Shown one piece after another: positions 1 to 9,265 of a DNA stretch of 64,000 bases. The notes under the pieces were generated by a model that was given only the letters and a program-made list of their open reading frames with translations, was not told the DNA's origin and ran no database searches. Origin of the DNA: an uncultured Lachnospiraceae bacterium (lineage in GTDB: Bacteria; Bacillota; Clostridia; Lachnospirales; Lachnospiraceae); assembly GCA_900320025.1 (NCBI GenBank), contig ONQW01000001.1, positions 18,811 to 82,810 of the forward strand, in the 5' to 3' direction. Position 1 is the first letter of the stretch, and each line of letters starts with the position of its first letter. The position numbers and the translations under genes are program-made.

Positions 1-945
1 CTCTTCAAAGCGCTCCCGGTCGTGGTCGCGCAGAATCAGTTCCAGCGAAGTTTCATCGGTTGTGCCATGCATCTCTTCCAGATGGTAGAAGCCCTCGTGA
101 TCCCGGGTGTGCGCAGGAGTCTCCATCGCAGGAAGCATGCCGATCCATTCCTGTGCAACAAGGAGAGAATTGATCATCGTTCCATAAGCACTGCCCGGAT
201 GCGTACTGATCCCGTGAATGGTGACAGCAGCGGAGGCAGCATTGAAGTTTTCGTACTGCAGTTCTCCGAGGTCGCCGCCGTCCACTGTATAAGCGTAATC
301 ACAGGCAAATCGGTTCTGATCGAGATCCCGCGAACCGTTTCCGACTTCTTCATCCGGGGTGAAGCAGATCCTGACAGTGCCGTGTGCATACTCAGGGTGC
401 TGCAGGAGAAAGGCTGCTGTCTCCATGATGGCAGCGACTCCCGCCTTGTCATCACCTCCCAGTACACTGGTACCGTCCCCGACAATCAGATCCGTTCCGG
501 CGTGCCCGGAAAGGGATGGGTACTGCTCCGGAGATATCGTATAGGTCCCATCTCCAAGCACAATATCCCCGCCATCGTAGTTTCTGATCCGGCGGGGAGA
601 TACCTTCAGACCCGGAACCGCGTTGGAAGTATCCATATGAGCCATGAGGCCAAGGATTGGAACCAGATTCTCGCGGCGCTTCTGCGCTGTGTCCGTCCGC
701 AGTGCAAGAGCATCCTGCATCTCCTCCGTGACCGGCAGATTGGACGGAATAGTGGCGTAGACATAGCAGTGTTTTTCATCGTAATAGACATCCGCCGCGC
801 CCATTTCCTGAAGCTCCTCCGTGAGCAGGCGCGCCAGATCGCGCTGGCATTCTGTGGAAGGCGTGTCTGCAACGCCTTCCTTTGATTGTGTCGTGATGGA
901 AGCGTAACGAATAAAGCGTTCTCCGATATCCTGATAATGAGCCAT
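1..945 (-). CDS. pepT: Peptidase T (tripeptide aminopeptidase, M20B), truncated by the window start
   Basis: Not in the ORF track; manual translation from ATG at 945 (after AAAGAAAGGA) gives MAHYQDIGERFIRYASITTQSKEGVADTPSTECQRDLARLLTEELQEMG...CYVYATIP and later GLMAHMDTS, the PepT N-terminus and first metal-ligand motif. Confidence 0.9.
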   Translation of the reverse strand, partial: MAHYQDIGERFIRYASITTQSKEGVADTPSTECQRDLARLLTEELQEMGAADVYYDEKHCYVYATIPSNLPVTEEMQDALALRTDTAQKRRENLVPILGLMAHMDTSNAVPGLKVSPRRIRNYDGGDIVLGDGTYTISPEQYPSLSGHAGTDLIVGDGTSVLGGDDKAGVAAIMETAAFLLQHPEYAHGTVRICFTPDEEVGNGSRDLDQNRFACDYAYTVDGGDLGELQYENFNAASAAVTIHGISTHPGSAYGTMINSLLVAQEWIGMLPAMETPAHTRDHEGFYHLEEMHGTTDETSLELILRDHDRERFEE

Positions 946-1004
946 AATGTCCTTTCTTTTTCGTGTATAGTGACCGCAGAAGGCTGATCCCGGGCTGTCA
1001 CCGG

Positions 1005-1826
1005 TCAGGCCTTGAAGGAATCGTGATCTGCTGTGTTATTATACTCCGTGAGCTTTTTAGTGGCATCTGCTTCCCGGAATGCATCTCCAATCCGGTACAG
1101 ATAGGCATGTCCCCTTTTCCCGATCCGGTTAAGAATGCCCAGTTCTGTCAGAAGCAGCGCCGTGTCTGAAAAGGCTCTGCCCGGCTGTCCGGCTGCCGCC
1201 GCCATCTGCGCCGCGGTGAACGGCTCAGGAAGATCCGGCGGTACAAACGCCAGGTAGTCGCTCTTATCCCTGATCCTGAGTTCATGGACGATAGCGGTGG
1301 GAATCCGGTCATAGCGATGAGAACCTCGTTTTCCGTCCCGTCCCCATCCATCCTGCAGCCGGTACTCTACCATATCAGTCAGGCAAAGATCAATCGTCAG
1401 GTGCGGGTCCTCCAGATAAGACCGGATTCTAAAGAGCTCAGGCACCGCGTCATAAATAGTTCCCTTTCGCGGCGACCGCCGCCGGCCGCGCTGTTCGCCT
1501 GTGTCCGGATCGATCCATGTGATCCATTTGCAGTGCGGAATCGGATAGACGATCCGCACGGGATACTGCGGGAGATAGGCACACAGTTTATCTCGCATTT
1601 TGCCAAAATTACCGTTCTGGATCTCTACGATCTCCGATCCATTGAAAATATCGGCAATATAACTGCCAACAACAGGGATTTCCTGGTGATCGGAATTCGG
1701 ATCTTCATAATCCTTGAAGATCGCATGCAGCGTTTTTTCCTTCTGCATACCGATGCCATGCCGCTGCCGCTCCAGTTCCGTGAGAACCCGCAATCTGGCC
1801 GATTCAAAGCGTCTGTTGTCTGCCAT
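1005..1826 (-). CDS. Conserved hypothetical protein; putative PD-(D/E)xK-type nuclease with C-terminal winged-helix-like region
   Basis: Track ORF 1005..1931; likely start MADNRR at 1826 behind GGAGGG. Motifs GIGMQKEKTLHA, YIADI...IVEIQ (acidic nuclease-like pattern), C-terminal FTAAQMAAAAG...LLLTELGILNRIGKRGHAYLY. Confidence 0.65.
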   Translation of the reverse strand: MADNRRFESARLRVLTELERQRHGIGMQKEKTLHAIFKDYEDPNSDHQEIPVVGSYIADIFNGSEIVEIQNGNFGKMRDKLCAYLPQYPVRIVYPIPHCKWITWIDPDTGEQRGRRRSPRKGTIYDAVPELFRIRSYLEDPHLTIDLCLTDMVEYRLQDGWGRDGKRGSHRYDRIPTAIVHELRIRDKSDYLAFVPPDLPEPFTAAQMAAAAGQPGRAFSDTALLLTELGILNRIGKRGHAYLYRIGDAFREADATKKLTEYNNTADHDSFKA

Positions 1827-2409
1827 GAGGACGCATCCCTCCCCGGAACGGTTTCTTGTGAAGCCGCCTGCGGATATATCGAAAGGTCTGGTCCTCCCCC
1901 TTCTCAGCCAGCATGATGAGAAGTTTCTCAAGCAATGCTGCAGTATCCGGATGAAGGAATGCAGCGGTCTGCCCTTTCCGATAGTAAGTGAGAGGATCGC
2001 TGTCCTGATACGCGCTGCCGTGATACGTTTTCGACGCGGCGATGCGGTCGCAGAACATCTCGACGACGTAGCGGCCTGGCATTTTTACCGGCACATAGCA
2101 GGGATTTTTCCCCCGCACCGCCGGATAGTCGAGCCAATACTCATAATGGTGCCGGTTCCTTCCTTTATGATGAAGCCATGCACCGGAGTATCCGAGAACG
2201 CGGCGTTCGCCATTGTTCGGACTTTCCGACCCGGTGTAATATCTCGCACCCACCAGAAATTCAGTGGGACTGTACTTGGAAAGATCATGTGCCAGTCCCT
2301 GGCGGTAAAGTCCGACGCGGAAGCAGTTCCTGCAGACTTCCATGCGATGCTGCGTTACCGTGCAAAAATGACCTTTGGCTTTTTCAAATGTGATTGGCGG
2401 CTGTTTCAT
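1804..2409 (-). CDS. DUF5662-family HD-like protein
   Basis: GHF.TVTQHR, GLAHDLSKYSPTEF and WLHHKGRNRHHYEYW are the His-rich signature I recognise for this family. Confidence 0.75.
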   Translation of the reverse strand: MKQPPITFEKAKGHFCTVTQHRMEVCRNCFRVGLYRQGLAHDLSKYSPTEFLVGARYYTGSESPNNGERRVLGYSGAWLHHKGRNRHHYEYWLDYPAVRGKNPCYVPVKMPGRYVVEMFCDRIAASKTYHGSAYQDSDPLTYYRKGQTAAFLHPDTAALLEKLLIMLAEKGEDQTFRYIRRRLHKKPFRGGMRPHGRQQTL

Positions 2410-2410
2410 A

Positions 2411-4441
2411 CTATGCCTTCTCCGATGATCTGTTTGTCAGAATAACAATGGTTCTGGCTTTTACAGTAACCTGATGCAGGTTCGGTTCCTTTTCAGCATC
2501 GGGAAGAAAAGGATCTTCCCGGCTGGTATCCATGATGCGGTACCAGCATTCTCCGGCGGGAAGATTGGGCAGACCAAATGTCATCTCCTGCCAGTACATA
2601 TTGAGTGCCAGATAAAGCAGATGCCTCCGGCCCGTCCGAAGTGCCTGCTCGGTCTGTGCTTCCTCGTAATCTTCACAGAATAACAGTCCGATGCTGTGAC
2701 TGTATCCGGAGAAATCTGCCTTCCAGGCATCCCTACCGTGATATGACAGATCCGGATATCCCAGGGCACGATAATCCGTGAACCGGAATGGCTCTGTTTT
2801 GCGAAAAACAGGGTGTGTACGCCTGAACGCGGAGAGCTGTCTTGTAAAGGCCAGCAGATGCTGGCTCTCTCTGGTGTTTTTCCAGTCTGTCCAGCCGATT
2901 TCATTGTCCTGGCAGTAGGGATTGTTATTTCCCATCTGACTGTTTCCGCGCTCATCCCCAGCCATCAGCATGGGCGTTCCCTGGGAGAGCAGAACAAGCG
3001 TCAGCATATTGCGGATAAGGCGCTTGCGGAGTTGCTGAACTTCCTTCTTCCTGCTTGGGCCTTCCACACCGCAGTTCCAGCTGGCATTATTGTCAGTGCC
3101 ATCCCGGTTGTCCTCACCATTGCCCTCGTTGTGTTTTCTGCTGTATGTCACGGTATCAGCAAGGGTAAGCCCGCGATAATTCGCAGCAAAACGCAGCTCT
3201 CCGATGCCTTCGGGCACATGAAGAAACTGTGCGATAAAATCGGACAGCACAAGATCGTCCGCCTTGACAAAGCGCCGGACAAGATAGAGGTAGTCCTCTC
3301 CTGTCTGCATCAGATTACCCGCTGAAGCCGTGGCACTGCCGCGGCAGTCAGGTGACAGCTGCATGGAAAGAACATAATTTTCCGCAGACATGTCCTTGTT
3401 CCGTGCTTCTGCGGCATGATCGGAATAAATCTGCGTATCCGCCAGAATGGCATCCTTCGTGAGCTGAGCCAGAGGAATATCCGCTCCGATAACATGGATG
3501 CCGTCGATCCCAAAATGGCGCACATAGTATCGGCTGACTTCTGTCACAGCAGTCGCTGAGATGCCATGAGGGAACCAGAACTGCTGTACCACCTCCATTC
3601 CGGCACGATGCAGCGCCTCGATCATGGTCAGGTACTCCCGGGAAGGGCAGGTGCCCGGCACCGTCAGTCTGTAGGCAGGTGCATAGTAATAGGCGCTGCC
3701 GAATCCCCAGTAATTTACCCTTGCTGATGATTCCGGAGTCAGCGAATCTACGCCGGAAGACTTCTGAAAAGAATTCTGACTGTCATTGTCCGCCGTTTCG
3801 TCCCGCTTAACCGGGAGACAAAAAGGAGACTGATAGCCCCGGCCTGCTCCGCTCTTTCCTGTGGTAAGCTCGCATATCGGCATCAGTTCCACCGTGGTTA
3901 CGCCCAGTTCCTTTAGATAAGGAATTTTATCCGTCACACCGGCAAAAGTGCCGCGATGGGACCTGGAAACGCCACTGCCGTGAGCCATAGTGAAACCGCG
4001 CACATGCAGAAGATATACAAAACGATCTGCGTTCCCGTATTTCCCGCGCAGAGGAGAGACACCTGTTTCAGACAGTGTTTCGGAAATGGTACTCAGACGA
4101 CTCTCCTTAAAGAAGCTGTTTCCGGGAGCACCGAGGCTGGATGCGCATGGGTCATTGAAATAGTATTCGCCGATTTTATAACAATAGGCAAGGTGCCCGG
4201 CGGAAAGTCCGATTACCTTGCAGGAATAAAGATCTCCGATCCGGTATTGTTCGGTCAGAGGAATCGTGACAGCTGTCTGCAGATCAGTCCGAATAAGAAT
4301 AAGACATGGTTCTTTCTGCTCCCTCATCCGTGTTCCACGGCGGATGACAACAGTAAATCGTATCCCGTCCGGTTCCCGGACAACTCCCGGAACAACACTG
4401 GATGATGGCACGACATGATAGCTGTTTGCGACTATTTTCAT
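2411..4441 (-). CDS. Glycogen debranching enzyme (GlgX/isoamylase)-like GH13 protein with degenerate catalytic motifs
   Basis: GTFAGVTDKIPYLKELGVTTVELMPI, NYWG, KHNEGNGEDNRDG..NN.SWNCGVEG, SQGTPMLMAGDE.G.SQMGNNNPYCQDNEIGWTDW are GlgX hallmarks; conserved regions I-IV are altered (see findings). Confidence 0.85.
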   Translation of the reverse strand: MKIVANSYHVVPSSSVVPGVVREPDGIRFTVVIRRGTRMREQKEPCLILIRTDLQTAVTIPLTEQYRIGDLYSCKVIGLSAGHLAYCYKIGEYYFNDPCASSLGAPGNSFFKESRLSTISETLSETGVSPLRGKYGNADRFVYLLHVRGFTMAHGSGVSRSHRGTFAGVTDKIPYLKELGVTTVELMPICELTTGKSGAGRGYQSPFCLPVKRDETADNDSQNSFQKSSGVDSLTPESSARVNYWGFGSAYYYAPAYRLTVPGTCPSREYLTMIEALHRAGMEVVQQFWFPHGISATAVTEVSRYYVRHFGIDGIHVIGADIPLAQLTKDAILADTQIYSDHAAEARNKDMSAENYVLSMQLSPDCRGSATASAGNLMQTGEDYLYLVRRFVKADDLVLSDFIAQFLHVPEGIGELRFAANYRGLTLADTVTYSRKHNEGNGEDNRDGTDNNASWNCGVEGPSRKKEVQQLRKRLIRNMLTLVLLSQGTPMLMAGDERGNSQMGNNNPYCQDNEIGWTDWKNTRESQHLLAFTRQLSAFRRTHPVFRKTEPFRFTDYRALGYPDLSYHGRDAWKADFSGYSHSIGLLFCEDYEEAQTEQALRTGRRHLLYLALNMYWQEMTFGLPNLPAGECWYRIMDTSREDPFLPDAEKEPNLHQVTVKARTIVILTNRSSEKA

Positions 4442-4580
4442 TCGAGAGGGCCTCTCTTTGAAATCGTTATTCAGCTTTTTATTTTAACACAGAAGGCGGT
4501 ACGGCTCCAAGACCGCGCCGTCGTCAGGCATTCTCGTTGGATTCAGATATATTCGCAGGCGGCAGACACATTCGTCGACA

Positions 4581-6443
4581 TCAGATATATTCGGCATCCA
4601 CGCCGAGCGGCTTCAGAAAACGGGATGGCCGCTGCGGATTGCTTCTGCCTCCTCGGACATACAGAAGAATCAATTCTTCCCGCGCTCTGGTCATGGCGAC
4701 ATAGAGAAGGCGCCGCTCTTCCTCAATGTCATCCGGAGAGGATGCCTGCCGGCATGGAATGACTCCTTCACCGAGATCCGGCAGAATGACGGTCGAAAAT
4801 TCCAGGCCCTTCGCGGCATGCATGGTACAGAGGCGGACGCCGTCTGGCCGTTCAGTCCCGGAGGAATATTGAATGGCATTTTGCGACGCAGCACGGGAAA
4901 ATTCTCGCAGGGAACCTGCCTTTCCACCCAGAGACTCCAGCTCATCCAGGGCTGCGCGGATCTTTTTTCTCCGGTTCTCCTCTTTTCCTTCACACAGTGC
5001 AGGCTCGATTCCCATGCTCCGCCTGAGGTAGCGGAGAGCCAGCGGCGGCTTCAGTCTGGAGAGCGTGATCAGGTCCTGCTGTAGTACGCGGATGGTGTGA
5101 ATCATAGCAGGCTGGCCGCGGTAGATGTCCTCGAGGAGCGGAAAGGAGACGCCCTCCGCCGGGATGCCGGCCCTTAAGAAGTACCGCTCCGGCACGTTCA
5201 TAATGCGATAGAAATGCTGTCTGGGCAGACGCGGACTGCTTTCTTTCATGAGAAGTGCGCATGCAAAATAGGACTCTACAAGATGAAACGCTTCCATCCT
5301 TTCCCGGTTCGGAGTATTTGTTTCCTGTCGGATCGGAATGCCGGCTTCGGAAAAAGCCTCTCCGAATCGATTGACGAGAATGCGGTTTCTGAGAATCACG
5401 GCTGTATTTCTCTGCTCTTTAAGGGAACGGGCTTGCAGCATTCCGGTGATAAGCCGGATTTCCTCTGCCTCGGAAGCGCAGGAAAGAACGGCCGGTTTTT
5501 TCCCGTCTGCCCGGCTTGCAGTGGTTTTTTTCTCAAACCGGTTCCGGTTCTCCCGGATCACAAGGTCTGCTGCTTCCAGAATGGGCTGGCTGCATCGGTA
5601 ATTGACACGGAGAAGAATGCGCTCCGCATCAGGGAAATCAGTCAGAAACTGTCTGCAGCTTTGCGGCGAAGCACCGCGGAAACTGTAAATTGCCTGATCG
5701 TCATCTCCGACAGCAAAGAAATTTCGTTCTCCTTTTTCTGCCATCATGCGCAGAATACGATATTGCGTCGGGCTGATATCCTGAAACTCATCCACCAAAA
5801 TATACCTGTATTGATTCTGCAGGTTTTCAAGGAAGCCGGCGCGTGTGCGGCATAGAGATTCGCAGCGCAGAGCAATATCGTCAAAATCAATGTATCCATG
5901 ATCTGCCATCCAGGTCTCATAACCTTTTCGGATTTTGTCCGGTATTGCAGGATCTTTAAAATGTGCCGCGGCGAGACGGAAAGAGGAACTCTCCCTGGCA
6001 TGATCGTTTCCTCTGATCCGAAGCAGAGAAATGGCGAGAGCAGCCGCGTCTGCCAGACTGTCCGGATCTTCGCACTGGCTGTCAATTCCTTCCATGGAGA
6101 GCAGGTGTGTCAGAACCGCCCGGCGCTGCTCCGGTGTGATCAGCCGGCTGTTTTCCGGAGATGCGGCGCGAACGAAGGAATAAAATACCGCATGAAACGT
6201 GCCGAACGTGACGAGTGAAAAACGTTCCCCTGTCGATTTGAGGAAACGTCCGCGCATTTCTGCCGCTGCTGCCCGGGAAAATGTCAGAACAAGGATGGAA
6301 GAAGGCGGCACCCGAAGGTTCAGGATGAGATGCGAGATATGCTGTACCAGAACAAAAGTCTTTCCGCTGCCAGGCCCAGCCAGTACCAGACACGGGCCCG
6401 TACCGTGCTGTATGGCAGATTCCTGTGCTGCGTTTCCCCGGAT
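4581..6443 (-). CDS. UvrD/REP-family ATP-dependent DNA helicase (5' end extended upstream of the track ORF)
   Basis: Track ORF 4581..6311 has DEFQD, VGDDDQAIYSFRGA, NYRCS, TMHAAKGLEF, EEERRLLYVAMTRAR. The same frame continues upstream through LVLAGPGSGKT (Walker A) to an ATC at 6443 preceded by GGAG. Confidence 0.88.
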   Translation of the reverse strand: MRGNAAQESAIQHGTGPCLVLAGPGSGKTFVLVQHISHLILNLRVPPSSILVLTFSRAAAAEMRGRFLKSTGERFSLVTFGTFHAVFYSFVRAASPENSRLITPEQRRAVLTHLLSMEGIDSQCEDPDSLADAAALAISLLRIRGNDHARESSSFRLAAAHFKDPAIPDKIRKGYETWMADHGYIDFDDIALRCESLCRTRAGFLENLQNQYRYILVDEFQDISPTQYRILRMMAEKGERNFFAVGDDDQAIYSFRGASPQSCRQFLTDFPDAERILLRVNYRCSQPILEAADLVIRENRNRFEKKTTASRADGKKPAVLSCASEAEEIRLITGMLQARSLKEQRNTAVILRNRILVNRFGEAFSEAGIPIRQETNTPNRERMEAFHLVESYFACALLMKESSPRLPRQHFYRIMNVPERYFLRAGIPAEGVSFPLLEDIYRGQPAMIHTIRVLQQDLITLSRLKPPLALRYLRRSMGIEPALCEGKEENRRKKIRAALDELESLGGKAGSLREFSRAASQNAIQYSSGTERPDGVRLCTMHAAKGLEFSTVILPDLGEGVIPCRQASSPDDIEEERRLLYVAMTRAREELILLYVRGGRSNPQRPSRFLKPLGVDAEYI

Positions 6444-6487
6444 TTGCCGCTCCGGAGAATTTTCCCGAATGTGCTCCTGCAGGGGCG

Positions 6488-6934
6488 TCAGGATGAACCG
6501 GTACTTCCAAAGCCGCCCCGGTCGGTGCTGCCGAGATGGCTCACTTCATTAAAGACAATAGCTGGCTGATGCGCGCAGATGCGGAACTGACAAATGCGGT
6601 CTCCGACATGAATGACAGTATCCCGCATAGCAAGGGCAGGAAACTTCCATTCATCCCCGTCTCCACAGTAGGCCTGATCGATGACTCCCATGCTGTTTGT
6701 CTGAAGAATCCCGAATTTCTGAAAAGTGCTGCTTCTTGGTACGACATGAGCTTCATAGCCGTCAGGCAGGATCATGCCGATGCCGAGCCGGATCAGCCGG
6801 TATTCTCCCTGCTTCATGGAGACTTCCTCTGCGCTGCGCAGATCGATCCAGTCTGATTTTGTTCCGCCGATTGCCTGAAGCGGCGGAATATCTCTGCTGA
6901 AGTATTTGATGCGGATTGTTTTTGTCTCTTTCAT
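6488..6934 (-). CDS. dut: dUTP diphosphatase (trimeric dUTPase)
   Basis: SDWIDLRS, PRSSTF, GVIDQAYCG, DRICQF, DRGGFGSTG motifs. Confidence 0.93.
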   Translation of the reverse strand: MKETKTIRIKYFSRDIPPLQAIGGTKSDWIDLRSAEEVSMKQGEYRLIRLGIGMILPDGYEAHVVPRSSTFQKFGILQTNSMGVIDQAYCGDGDEWKFPALAMRDTVIHVGDRICQFRICAHQPAIVFNEVSHLGSTDRGGFGSTGSS

Positions 6935-7015
6935 GGCTGTACCTCATTCGTGTGCTGCGGGGCTTGTTCTGGGGCGTGCGGGATCCGCCGGTGTTCCTGC
7001 CTGTCCCGCGCATCT

Positions 7016-7510
7016 TCATGCACCGGTGGTCAGGGCAGATCCGCCCTGCCGGAACTGATCTGCGGCCGCTGTCGCCAGTTTATCGCATCGCTCATTTTCC
7101 GGATGTCCGTTGTGGCCGCGTACCCAGTGAAATGTCACCTGGTGCGGGCTTGCTGCGGTCAGAAGACGCTCCCACAGGTCCCGGTTTTTCACAGGCTCTC
7201 CCGAACTGGTTTTCCAGTTCTTCTTTATCCATCCTTCTATCCAGTGATCTGTGAATGCATGCACAAGATATTGGGAATCAGACCACAGATCAACCCGGCA
7301 GGGACAGCTCAGCGCCTCCAGACCGACAATGGCAGCTGTCAGCTCCATCCGATTGTTTGAAGTTTTTTCAACGCCGCCTGAGAGTTCCTTTTCATGCATG
7401 GCTCCGGTTTTGTCCACATATTGAAGAATGGTTCCATATCCTCCGGGTCCCTCCGGATTTCCTCTGGCAGCACCGTCAGTGTAAATTTTGACATAAGGCA
7501 TTTCCATCAT
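7016..7510 (-). CDS. rnhA: Ribonuclease HI
   Basis: [52 protein letters not shown]. Confidence 0.96.
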   Translation of the reverse strand: MMEMPYVKIYTDGAARGNPEGPGGYGTILQYVDKTGAMHEKELSGGVEKTSNNRMELTAAIVGLEALSCPCRVDLWSDSQYLVHAFTDHWIEGWIKKNWKTSSGEPVKNRDLWERLLTAASPHQVTFHWVRGHNGHPENERCDKLATAAADQFRQGGSALTTGA

Positions 7511-7573
7511 ATTTTCTCTTTTCAGGCAGAGCCAAACCCTTCTGCCGCACTGTGAAACGGAAACACGTGGTCG

Positions 7574-9265
7574 TCATTTCCATGTTCCTGTCTTGAGAAA
7601 ATTATCTGCTCTGTTCTCCGCAGCTTGGATGATTGATTCATCATACCCGATTGCTTCGAGCAGACGAATCGCATTTCTGGAACGGGCTGGACCAGGAAGA
7701 AGACGGTACGGAAAGGAGATATCTCCGTTTTGAATCTGCTCCTCAAAGTGATAATTGTCGTAGTCTTTCTCAAGCAGGACAGTCAGCTCCACGTCATGGG
7801 TGGCAGCAAAGCAGCGGATCCCACGCTCCCGGAGACTATGCAGAATTTCTGAGGAAGCGGCGATACGCTCTACTGTGTTGGTCCCTCTCAGGACCTCATC
7901 CAGGAAACAGAGTACCGGGGTACTGCTCTCTTTTCCCGCATCGAGAATCCGCTTGAGGGAGCGGATCTCAACGATATAGTAGCTCTCCCCGGAGGACAGA
8001 TCATCCTGAAGCGCCATGGAACTGTATATCCGATAATAGCCCGCGCGGTAGGAAGCTGCGCATACCGTGCGGATGGTCTGTGCCATGAGCGCTGCAAGGG
8101 CTGCAGCCCGCAGAAACGTTGATTTTCCTGAGGCATTCGAGCCGGTCAGCAAAACATATCCATCCGTGGTGATTGAATTTGCCACCGGGGAGCGAAGGAG
8201 CGGGTGGACCAGTTCCCTTGTTTCGAAAGCTGTCCCTCCCAGATTCGGCTGACACCAGGTCCCCAGAGAATCGCGATAACAGGCGATAGAGATTGTACTG
8301 TCTATTTTCCCGATGATGGTGATCAGACGGTCTATGTCGCTACGATATCGGATCGCCTGATCAATCATGGAATTAAATTTGATCAGATCAAGGTGAAGCA
8401 GGATTCGGATATAGTCAAAGAGTATATCGAGCGGATTTCCTCCTGCCATCCTGCCTGTTCCTGCGAGGAGAAAACTGCCGCGGCGGAATCCGCCTGTCTG
8501 CGCGACTATTTTCCCCAGCTCCTCCCGCTCCTCCTCAAAACATGGTGTATCGGATAAATGGATTGTCCGGAGCCGGTCAGCACCATCCATCAGGCGCAGA
8601 ATATAATGCAGCGAAAGGAGATAGGGAGCAACCTGGTTCCGGTCCCGGTAATAGGTGATGACATTCCATGCAATGGAGACAAAAAGCAGGACGATACCGG
8701 CTTCTGTCTGAAACAACAGCACCACGACAGAAAGCGCAATCAGAAGTATTGCCAGGTAATTAGAAACCGGATGTTTTCTTTTTGCCTGGTCCAGAAGAGA
8801 CAGATGATCATAGATGGAGTATTTTCCGCAGCCTCCAATCTGATGCAGCGCGATCTGCAAGGCGATCCGGTCTGTTTTGCAGACCTGCATTGCCTGGATT
8901 TGCTCCTCCCGGAGAGTCTGGTCCTCATCCTGCAGTGCCGGTGTGCGCAGAAGCCAGTACAGATATTCCTCGCCCGCGGCACTCTGAGTGTAATCAAGCC
9001 TGCGGAATACAGAGACCAGATCGAGATCCGCAGCAGTTCTTTCATCAATCTGAAAGGGTGCCGGATGGGCATGGAAATATCCGGACAAATGCGTGTCAGA
9101 CTCTGTGGTATGTTCCTTCCATGGCAATTGTCCGTCGTGCTGCTTCAGCGTCCGGAGATAGGCAGCAGCCTTTTTCCGGTTATCCCGCACTCCCATCATC
9201 AGGAAGAAAAAAAGCAGCCCGGCGAGCACCGTCAGAAATGTAAGAACCGCAGGGTCCATCTTCAC
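7574..9265 (-). CDS. Membrane-anchored MutS-related ATPase (MutS domain V, no mismatch-recognition domain)
   Basis: Hydrophobic N-terminus and central hydrophobic pair; LLTGSNASGKSTFLR, GESYYIVEI, LDEVLRGTN, ATHD. Confidence 0.88.
   Translation of the reverse strand: MKMDPAVLTFLTVLAGLLFFFLMMGVRDNRKKAAAYLRTLKQHDGQLPWKEHTTESDTHLSGYFHAHPAPFQIDERTAADLDLVSVFRRLDYTQSAAGEEYLYWLLRTPALQDEDQTLREEQIQAMQVCKTDRIALQIALHQIGGCGKYSIYDHLSLLDQAKRKHPVSNYLAILLIALSVVVLLFQTEAGIVLLFVSIAWNVITYYRDRNQVAPYLLSLHYILRLMDGADRLRTIHLSDTPCFEEEREELGKIVAQTGGFRRGSFLLAGTGRMAGGNPLDILFDYIRILLHLDLIKFNSMIDQAIRYRSDIDRLITIIGKIDSTISIACYRDSLGTWCQPNLGGTAFETRELVHPLLRSPVANSITTDGYVLLTGSNASGKSTFLRAAALAALMAQTIRTVCAASYRAGYYRIYSSMALQDDLSSGESYYIVEIRSLKRILDAGKESSTPVLCFLDEVLRGTNTVERIAASSEILHSLRERGIRCFAATHDVELTVLLEKDYDNYHFEEQIQNGDISFPYRLLPGPARSRNAIRLLEAIGYDESIIQAAENRADNFLKTGTWK

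Noticed and set aside
22-885. 287-aa plus-strand ORF
   Set aside because: Antisense shadow of pepT, which the track missed because it runs off the window edge.
6082-6510. 142-aa TTG-started ORF as the helicase N-terminus via a frameshift
   Set aside because: Walker A is already in frame with the rest of the helicase, so no frameshift is needed; this ORF is an off-frame overlap.
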